Below, in pieces: positions 38,646 through 44,667 of a stretch of DNA of 44,667 nt. The stretch is from Fuerstiella sp. (GTDB lineage: Bacteria; Planctomycetota; Planctomycetia; Planctomycetales; Planctomycetaceae). The notes beneath the pieces were generated by a model. It was not told the origin of the DNA and did not search any database. It worked only from the letters and a program-made list of their open reading frames with translations. The stretch is taken from NCBI GenBank assembly GCA_022447185.1, contig JAKVAY010000064.1:1-44667 (forward strand), in the 5' to 3' direction. Each line of letters begins with the position of its first letter. Within the stretch, counting starts at the first letter, position 1. Both the position numbers and the translations under genes were made by a program.

Positions 38646-40001
38646 ATGAGTGTTTGGCGACTTGTCATTCGTGAAATCAGACACCGCCGACTCAATTTCC
38701 TGATGGGTTTGCTCTCAGTCGCCGCTGCGGTGGCGAGTGTCGTTGGAGCACAGACCCTGCTGACGGCCGACCGCATCATCACGTCGCAACTCCTGAGTAC
38801 GAAAGAGGCGGAGGTTGAGAAATCCGTCGCCGAAAAACAGGCGGCCGTTCAACAGGCAGGAAAAGAACTTCAGGACGTCATTCGCAAACAGATGCTGGGT
38901 CTGGGGTTTAATGTCCTGATCCTGCCGGAATCTCAGTCTCTTTCTGAAATCCATCTCGACGGCAGTATGTCCGCAACAATGCCGGAGGAGTACGTCGACA
39001 GACTGGCCAGTTCAAAAATTGTAACAGTCAACCATCTGCTTCCCAGTGTTACAAAACGCATTCACTGGGAGGAACATAACCGTGACGTCGTCATTGTGGG
39101 GACACGCGGAGAGGTCCCCATCCAGCATCGAGGGATGAAGAAACCTCTGCTGGACGAAGTCGCTGCCGGAAAGATAGTTGTCGGCCATGAGATTCATCAA
39201 CAGATGAATCTCATGGAAGGTGACACAGTCCAGCTCAGAGGCCGCGACTTTACGGTGTCGAAATTACACGCTGAGCGAGGTTCGGTTGATGACGTCACGG
39301 TTTGGATCAACCTGGCAGAAGCACAGGAATTGCTGGGCATGCAGAATCTGATCAACGCCATTTTAGCACTCGAGTGCGATTGTTCCGGCGATCGGATTTC
39401 TCAGATTCGCGCCGAGATTTCCGCCATTCTGCCTGGGACTCAGGTCGTTGAACGGTATTCCCAGGCACTGACCCGGGCGGAATCCCGAGCGAAGGCTAAA
39501 TCATCAGCCCAGCAGGCACTGAAAGCCGCCGAACAATCCGGAGCAGAACAGTTGGCACTGGAACGCAAAACTCGCCGGGACCTCGAGCATCGCCACGCCG
39601 GCTTCGCCGGGCTTCTTGTGCCATTGATCATTCTGGGGTCGATCATGACGATCGGCCTCCTTGCGCTGGTCAATTCACGCCAGCGAAGCCAGGAAATCGG
39701 GGTTCTTCGAGCAATCGGATTGAGTGCTCGCCAACTCATGCTGATTTTCCTCCTGAAGTCAGCCACGATTGGCATTCTCGGTGGACTCGCTGGAGTCTCC
39801 ATCGGTTTGATGGTCGGTCAATCACTCGGTTCGGCAGAGTCGGACGGATCCACCTGGAATGAATTATTTGCATCCGGCGATCTGCCGGTCCTGATTCTGA
39901 TTACTCCGCTGTTTGCATTGGTGCTGTCCGGGCTTGCAAGCTGGATCCCCGCGTTTCTTGCTGCCCGACAGGACCCCGCAGTCGTTTTGCAAAAGGAGTA
40001 G
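38646..40001 (+). CDS. ABC transporter permease, FtsX/MacB-like (N-terminal TM, large periplasmic domain, C-terminal 3-TM FtsX domain)
   Basis: The ORF is open from 38604. The ATG at 38646 gives MSVWRLVIREIRHRRLNFLMGLLSVAAAVASVVGA. The C-terminal FtsX-type helices are GLLVPLIILGSIMTIGLLALVNS, LIFLLKSATIGILGGLAGVSIGL and LPVLILITPLFALVLSGLASWIPAFLAARQDPAVVL. Confidence 0.75.
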   Translation: MSVWRLVIREIRHRRLNFLMGLLSVAAAVASVVGAQTLLTADRIITSQLLSTKEAEVEKSVAEKQAAVQQAGKELQDVIRKQMLGLGFNVLILPESQSLSEIHLDGSMSATMPEEYVDRLASSKIVTVNHLLPSVTKRIHWEEHNRDVVIVGTRGEVPIQHRGMKKPLLDEVAAGKIVVGHEIHQQMNLMEGDTVQLRGRDFTVSKLHAERGSVDDVTVWINLAEAQELLGMQNLINAILALECDCSGDRISQIRAEISAILPGTQVVERYSQALTRAESRAKAKSSAQQALKAAEQSGAEQLALERKTRRDLEHRHAGFAGLLVPLIILGSIMTIGLLALVNSRQRSQEIGVLRAIGLSARQLMLIFLLKSATIGILGGLAGVSIGLMVGQSLGSAESDGSTWNELFASGDLPVLILITPLFALVLSGLASWIPAFLAARQDPAVVLQKE

Positions 40002-40007
40002 CAGGTC

Positions 40008-40706
40008 ATGGTGCTGCAACTGGAACAGGTCTCTAAGACGTACGTCGGACATTCCACAGCCGTGCATGCAGTGAGTGATGTCTCCATTGAACTCGGCGCA
40101 GGAGATTTTGTTGCAGTTCAGGGCCCAAGTGGCTGTGGAAAGTCCACAGTTCTGCTCATGGCTGGGGGACTGCTGCAGCCCGATTCGGGAAATGTTCTGA
40201 TCGGCGGAACAAATCCATACGGTCTTCCTCCCGATGCTCGAGCTTCCTTTAGGTCCATTTCGATTGGTTTCGTATTTCAGCAGTTTCACCTGGTTCCGTA
40301 TCTGAATGTACTGGAGAATGTGCTTTCACCCGGACTTGCAGGCACGAACTCTCCGGAGCATGTACGCCAACGAGCTGAACACCTGATTGAACACTTTAGA
40401 CTCGCCCATCGCCAAGATCACCTTCCAGGTGAACTCAGCAGTGGGGAACGACAACGCACGGCTCTTGCCCGAGCACTTCTTAACAGTCCTCAGTTGCTGC
40501 TCGCCGATGAACCAACTGGAAATCTTGACCGTGAAAACACTGACGCGGTGCTTGGGTATTTGAAGGAATTCGCTGAATCCGGTGGCACGGTTCTGCTCGT
40601 CACGCATGACGACCGAGCTGTCCCGTTTGCAAAACGTACGGTTCATCTCCGTGACGGGCGGACCACGAATCACATGAATCCTGGTTTCAGTGCAGCGTCT
40701 GGTTAG
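40008..40706 (+). CDS. ABC transporter ATP-binding protein (MacB/LolD-type), partner of the upstream FtsX permease
   Basis: Walker A GPSGCGKST, Q-loop FVFQQ, signature LSSGERQRTALARAL, and Walker B LLLADEPTGNLD. It starts 7 nt after the permease stop. Confidence 0.85.
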   Translation: MVLQLEQVSKTYVGHSTAVHAVSDVSIELGAGDFVAVQGPSGCGKSTVLLMAGGLLQPDSGNVLIGGTNPYGLPPDARASFRSISIGFVFQQFHLVPYLNVLENVLSPGLAGTNSPEHVRQRAEHLIEHFRLAHRQDHLPGELSSGERQRTALARALLNSPQLLLADEPTGNLDRENTDAVLGYLKEFAESGGTVLLVTHDDRAVPFAKRTVHLRDGRTTNHMNPGFSAASG

Positions 40707-41224
40707 CCCCGCGGCGTTGCGGTCGTTTGGTGTGTCTCCTTTGCAGTCAGGCAGGAACCATTCGCTGCCGCACATTCCGGCTGAAGCGGGACTAAGAATC
40801 ACAACTCAACGCTGTAAAGTTGGCTCAACACAGCCGCCAGCCTTGAATATTCAATATTTTTTGACTCGATCTCAGGGAGCCGCACCTCGGATTTGTCTCA
40901 ACGGCAGTCCTTGAATACGCTGTGAAACGAGCGGCTGATGACTTCGAAAAAACAACAGGCACAAAGTACATTCGAGTCAGTCCGGGATTGCCTGCCCATT
41001 CACTTGCCCAAGCTGCCCGCCTGGATATTCTCATCCGCAACTCACATTGCCGTTCGGCACATGAATTTGGACGCGGGTTCCGTCGACATGACAAGGATCT
41101 GTCTGTAACGTCCTGAACTCCATACCTGCCAAACCATTGAAAGTCACACGGCCCACCCAATATGTATCGCCATACGTTCAGTTTCTTTCGATCTGATTCC
41201 TGTCACCGTGTTGGTGCCGGTCGG

Positions 41225-42808
41225 ATGAATTCCATGTGGGCGCTTCTGCTGGGCGCTTTCACACTGATCTGTGTTTTGATCTTTTTGATGAGGCTCGGCC
41301 CAGAAAACCGAAACAGTGATCAGGATACGCTCATTGTCTTCGCAGCGGCCGGAATGCGAGTACCGATGGAAGAAATCGCTCGTCAGTACGAGACGGAGTT
41401 TGGTGTCACCCTGGAGATTCAGTACAACGGCTCAAACACACTGTTGAATCAGCTGCAGACGAATCAATTCAACGAAGCTGATGTGTATCTCGCGGCCGAT
41501 GATTTCTACACAGCGAAAGCAATTGAACTGGGTCTGGCAATCGACACAATGCCCATCGCTCACCAGCGACCTGTCATTGCCGTGCGAAGGGATTCCGGAC
41601 CAAAGATCGATTCATTCGACGATCTGCTTCGGGACGAAGTTCGCGTGGCGGTTGCCAATCCTGATCAGGCAGCCGTTGGCAAAGCGACGCGCCGCCAATT
41701 GAGTCCTCTGCAGGTCGGTGGCACCAGTCTCTGGGACCAACTGGAAAAACACGTCAGACAATCGGGTGTCTTTAAGCCGACGGTGAATGATATAGCAACC
41801 GACGTGAAGCTTGGAAATATTGATGCGGCAATTGTCTGGAACTCCACTGTCGCTATGCCCAAGTACCGGGAAGACCTGACCAGTGTCTCCCTTCCGGAAC
41901 TAGACGGTGATCCTGATCTGATCAGTATCGCAGTACTGCATTCCTCGTCGGACCTGTCTTCAGCCTACAGATTTGCTCGCTATGTATCGGCTCGCGACAA
42001 AGGCCTCGCTGTTTTTACAAAGTACGGGACCGAAGCTGTTGACGGTGACATATGGTCGGAAGTACCACAGATTAACTTTTTCTGCGGTGCAGTGAACCGG
42101 CGCACGACAGAAGAGATTATCGATGAATTCCAGGTACAGGAAGGAGTCGTTGTGAACACGATCTATGATGGGTGTGGCATTCTCACTAGTCGCATGCAGG
42201 GCATCGACGGACAAAGTCCTGCTCTCGGATTTCCAGATGTTTATATGGCCTGTGACCTGCATTATCTGGAAAACGTGAAGAACTGGTTTCAGGAAGCCGC
42301 GAATGTCTCAGACGTCGACCTTGTCATAGCCGTTCCAAAAGGCAGCACAAAAGTGCGGACGCTGTCTGATTTGCTCAATCCCGACATCCGCGTCGCCGTT
42401 GGTGAACCATCGCAGTGCACCATCGGCACACTGACGCGCAGACTCCTGAAGACAGAGGGCATCTATGACCGGTTTGTCAAAAAACAACAAAGCGACCAGG
42501 TAACGGTGATTGAAAAATCATCATCGGCTCATCTCGTTCCTGACGTAGTCACCGGACACGTCGATGCAGCAATTGCCTACTTTTCTGACGTATTACCCAA
42601 TCAGGATTCGATCGACGTCATCCGAATTGAATCACCTGTCAACATGGCCATTCAGCCGATCAGCATCGCAAAAAAAAGTGAACACAAATACCTGCTCCGC
42701 AGACTGTTCAAACGAATTGAGAAATCTCCGGAATCATTTGAGTCCGCAGGATTCGGTTTTCGCCTGGGCGGATCAGCTAAATCCGACATTGAGAGCCTCG
42801 CGCCATGA
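41225..42808 (+). CDS. Molybdate/tungstate-type ABC transporter substrate-binding protein with two tandem ModA-like domains
   Basis: The ORF is open from 41162. The ATG at 41225 gives TM/signal MNSMWALLLGAFTLICVLIFLM. Domain 1 is LIVFAAAGMRVPMEEIARQYE...ADVYLAADDFYTAKAIE...VAVANPDQAAVGKATRRQL. Domain 2 is INFFCGAVNRRTTEEII...DVYMACDLHYLENV...RVAVGEPSQCTIGTLTRRLL. Both have the ModA/type-II PBP pattern. The gene overlaps the downstream permease start by 4 nt. Confidence 0.7.
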   Translation: MNSMWALLLGAFTLICVLIFLMRLGPENRNSDQDTLIVFAAAGMRVPMEEIARQYETEFGVTLEIQYNGSNTLLNQLQTNQFNEADVYLAADDFYTAKAIELGLAIDTMPIAHQRPVIAVRRDSGPKIDSFDDLLRDEVRVAVANPDQAAVGKATRRQLSPLQVGGTSLWDQLEKHVRQSGVFKPTVNDIATDVKLGNIDAAIVWNSTVAMPKYREDLTSVSLPELDGDPDLISIAVLHSSSDLSSAYRFARYVSARDKGLAVFTKYGTEAVDGDIWSEVPQINFFCGAVNRRTTEEIIDEFQVQEGVVVNTIYDGCGILTSRMQGIDGQSPALGFPDVYMACDLHYLENVKNWFQEAANVSDVDLVIAVPKGSTKVRTLSDLLNPDIRVAVGEPSQCTIGTLTRRLLKTEGIYDRFVKKQQSDQVTVIEKSSSAHLVPDVVTGHVDAAIAYFSDVLPNQDSIDVIRIESPVNMAIQPISIAKKSEHKYLLRRLFKRIEKSPESFESAGFGFRLGGSAKSDIESLAP

Positions 42809-43704
42809 GTGACGGACCCGAGGCCGACCGCGACAACAAGTCAGATCACACGTCAGCTGCCCGCAATGTGTCGGTATCCAATACGGCGTTCATGGTTTCT
42901 TTGGGAATCATTGGCGGCACCTATGTGTCACTCATCGTGGCCATGCTCGTCGCAGATACGTGGTACATGGCCGAAAAGTCAGTCAACGCGGCCGAAGCCG
43001 CAAATTCATGGACGAAACTTTTCGTGGAGAACCCGATTGCCGCGGCTCTCACGGACCGAAAGATTCGCTATTCGATCTGGCTGAGTCTGACTTCCTGCAC
43101 ACTATCCGCAGTCTTCTCACTACTCGTGGCAGTGCCAATCGGCTACCTGCTGTCGCGTCATCAGTTCCGCGGAAAGCGACTGCTGGACGCGGTTCTGGAT
43201 ATTCCAATTGTACTGCCGCCGCTCGTCGTGGGCTTGAGTCTGCTGATTCTGTTTCAGTATCGACCCTTCGCGTGGATTGCTCGAGATGTCGTCTATCAGC
43301 TCCCTGCAGTGGTCCTCGCTCAATTCTCAGTGGCCTGTGCGTTTGCGGTCAGAACAATGAAATCGACGTTTGACCATATCAATCCAAGATCAGAACAGGT
43401 CGCAATCACCCTGGGGTGTTCACGAGCGCAGGCATTTGGGTCTGTCGTGCTCCCGGAGGCCTCCCGTGGAATGATGACGTCATTCACACTGGCGTGGGCC
43501 CGTTCACTCGGTGAATTCGGGCCATTACTAATCTTCGCCGGAGCAACTCGCATGAAAACAGAGGTCTTGTCGACATCAGTGTTTCTTGAGCTGAACGTTG
43601 GTAACATTGAAGCAGCTGTTGCTGTTTCACTGATTATGATTCTGGCTGCGGTCACTGTTCTAGTGATCACACGTCGATGGGGTCTGCGAGACGTGACAGT
43701 GTAG
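42805..43704 (+). CDS. Molybdate/tungstate-type ABC transporter permease (ModB-like)
   Basis: About 6 TM helices. The EAA-loop region is ITLGCSRAQAFGSVVLPEASRGMMTSFTLAWARSLGEFGP. It overlaps the upstream stop (ATGA). Confidence 0.8.
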   Translation: MSDGPEADRDNKSDHTSAARNVSVSNTAFMVSLGIIGGTYVSLIVAMLVADTWYMAEKSVNAAEAANSWTKLFVENPIAAALTDRKIRYSIWLSLTSCTLSAVFSLLVAVPIGYLLSRHQFRGKRLLDAVLDIPIVLPPLVVGLSLLILFQYRPFAWIARDVVYQLPAVVLAQFSVACAFAVRTMKSTFDHINPRSEQVAITLGCSRAQAFGSVVLPEASRGMMTSFTLAWARSLGEFGPLLIFAGATRMKTEVLSTSVFLELNVGNIEAAVAVSLIMILAAVTVLVITRRWGLRDVTV

Positions 43705-43810
43705 TGCAAGGTACGTTCTTTTATGGCCGCGTTAGACATACGCGAGTCCCGATGCATTCAGGTTCCGGCATTGAATTGATCCATGGATCGTCAGGAATTG
43801 ATGCAAACAG

Positions 43811-44470
43811 ATGATTGCAATTGAAAACATGTCAATTGAATCCGGCGATTTCCGTCTCTCCAGAGTCTCGATGACCGTCCCTGCGGGAAAATATGGAGTG
43901 CTGATGGGACGGACGGGTTCAGGTAAAACAACGATCCTTGAATGCATTCTTGGACTCCGGACCATCGAGACAGGCACTATCCGTCTGGCCGATGAGGATG
44001 TGACACGTCTCAACCCTGCCATGCGGGGAGTCGGTTACGTCCCGCAGGACAAAGCGCTCTTCTCGAAGATGACGGTCCGCGAACATCTGGCATTCGCACT
44101 TTCGATTCGACAGGCATCGAATTCTGTGATCAATGAACGTGTTGATGATCTTGCAGAGTCACTGAATATCTCACATCTGCTGGAACGGACACCTCGCGGC
44201 CTGAGTGGTGGCGAACAGCAACGCGTCGCCCTGGGCAGGGCACTCTCATTTCGACCACGAGTTTTGTGCCTTGATGAACCACTCAGTGCGCTCGATTCAG
44301 AAACACGAAAACAAATGTGCCAGTTACTGGAAGACATCTCACGAAAGGAGCAGGTGACAACGCTTCATGTTACTCATAACGTCGACGAAGCGCGACAACT
44401 TGCGGATTGTCTGTTCCAGCTAGTCGATGGCAAAATCGAACCGCTTGAAACAGCGATCAAAACCACATGA
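43811..44470 (+). CDS. ABC transporter ATP-binding protein (short ModC/TupC-like, no C-terminal TOBE domain)
   Basis: Walker A GRTGSGKTT, Q-loop VGYVPQD, signature LSGGEQQRVALGRAL, and Walker B VLCLDEPLSALD. It is only 219 aa. Confidence 0.8.
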   Translation: MIAIENMSIESGDFRLSRVSMTVPAGKYGVLMGRTGSGKTTILECILGLRTIETGTIRLADEDVTRLNPAMRGVGYVPQDKALFSKMTVREHLAFALSIRQASNSVINERVDDLAESLNISHLLERTPRGLSGGEQQRVALGRALSFRPRVLCLDEPLSALDSETRKQMCQLLEDISRKEQVTTLHVTHNVDEARQLADCLFQLVDGKIEPLETAIKTT

Positions 44471-44667
44471 TACAGATTACAGTACAATACGAAGCGCAGG
44501 CCCGACGAGCGGCGGGGATCAGCTCTGAAACTGTCAACGTCGGTGAGGCCTGCAGTGCAGCTGACTGCATCCGTCAGGTCGCGGACACTCATGGTAAACC
44601 ACTCAGACCTGTCCTGCTGACAGCCACCGGAGAGATTCAGGGCTCGCTTCTCGTATTTCTGTATGAC
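44467..44667 (+). CDS. MoaD/ThiS-family small sulfur-carrier-like protein, N-terminal part; runs off the right edge of the window
   Basis: Its ATG overlaps the upstream TGA (ATGA at 44467..44470). The translation MIQITVQYEAQARRAAGISSETVNVGEACSAADCIRQVADTHGKPLRPVLLTATGEIQGSLLVFLYD matches the beta-grasp MoaD/ThiS pattern; a C-terminal GG would be expected beyond the window. Confidence 0.5.
   Translation, partial: MIQITVQYEAQARRAAGISSETVNVGEACSAADCIRQVADTHGKPLRPVLLTATGEIQGSLLVFLYD

Noticed and set aside
1-44667. CRISPR arrays, rRNA/tRNA genes, IS elements/integrases
   Set aside because: I found no short regularly spaced direct repeats and no transposase or integrase ORFs. The only hit was the HTH-like N-terminus of the acylase. 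No tRNA-like cloverleaf candidates stood out in the intergenic regions on manual reading, though a tRNAscan/Infernal pass would be needed to be certain.

Overview
This 44.7-kb window looks like a gene-dense chromosomal segment of about 53% GC, probably from a Planctomycetota-type bacterium. That guess is inference from the many giant secreted PQQ-like beta-propeller proteins, VWA and PDZ proteins, and the weak Shine-Dalgarno usage. I can support about 26 protein-coding genes and found no rRNA, tRNA, CRISPR array or obvious mobile element. Reading left to right, the window opens with a partial MMPL/RND transporter, a VWA protein, a secreted PDZ protein and 5-formyl-THF cyclo-ligase. These are followed by a thioredoxin-like protein, a DASS/SLC13 permease beside a HAL2/CysQ-type PAP phosphatase, an MFS transporter, a coiled-coil membrane protein with a rhomboid protease, and a TlpA-like redoxin. 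The most interesting locus comes next. An NfeD/YqiJ-like membrane OB-fold protein and a long flotillin (SPFH/band 7, YqiK-like) sit immediately upstream, on the same strand, of a 1830-aa protein with long coiled coils and a single embedded MoxR/AAA_5-type AAA+ ATPase domain. I think this is a candidate undescribed flotillin-associated machine. Further right are a penicillin-acylase family Ntn-hydrolase with an odd transposase-HTH-like N-terminus, a stand-alone LarA-family protein and a secreted cyclase-family protein. Two tandem paralogous giant PQQ-propeller proteins (1253 and 1309 aa) each carry an inserted SAM-methyltransferase-like Rossmann module and a C-terminal malectin-like domain. Next comes a membrane protein whose signal peptide is encoded upstream of any canonical start codon, which suggests an ATT start. 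The window closes with a MacB-like ABC pair and a molybdate/tungstate-type ABC transporter that has a doubled ModA-like binding protein and is translationally coupled to a partial MoaD/ThiS-like gene. All functional calls come from motif and family recognition in the translated ORFs. I could not run any homology searches.
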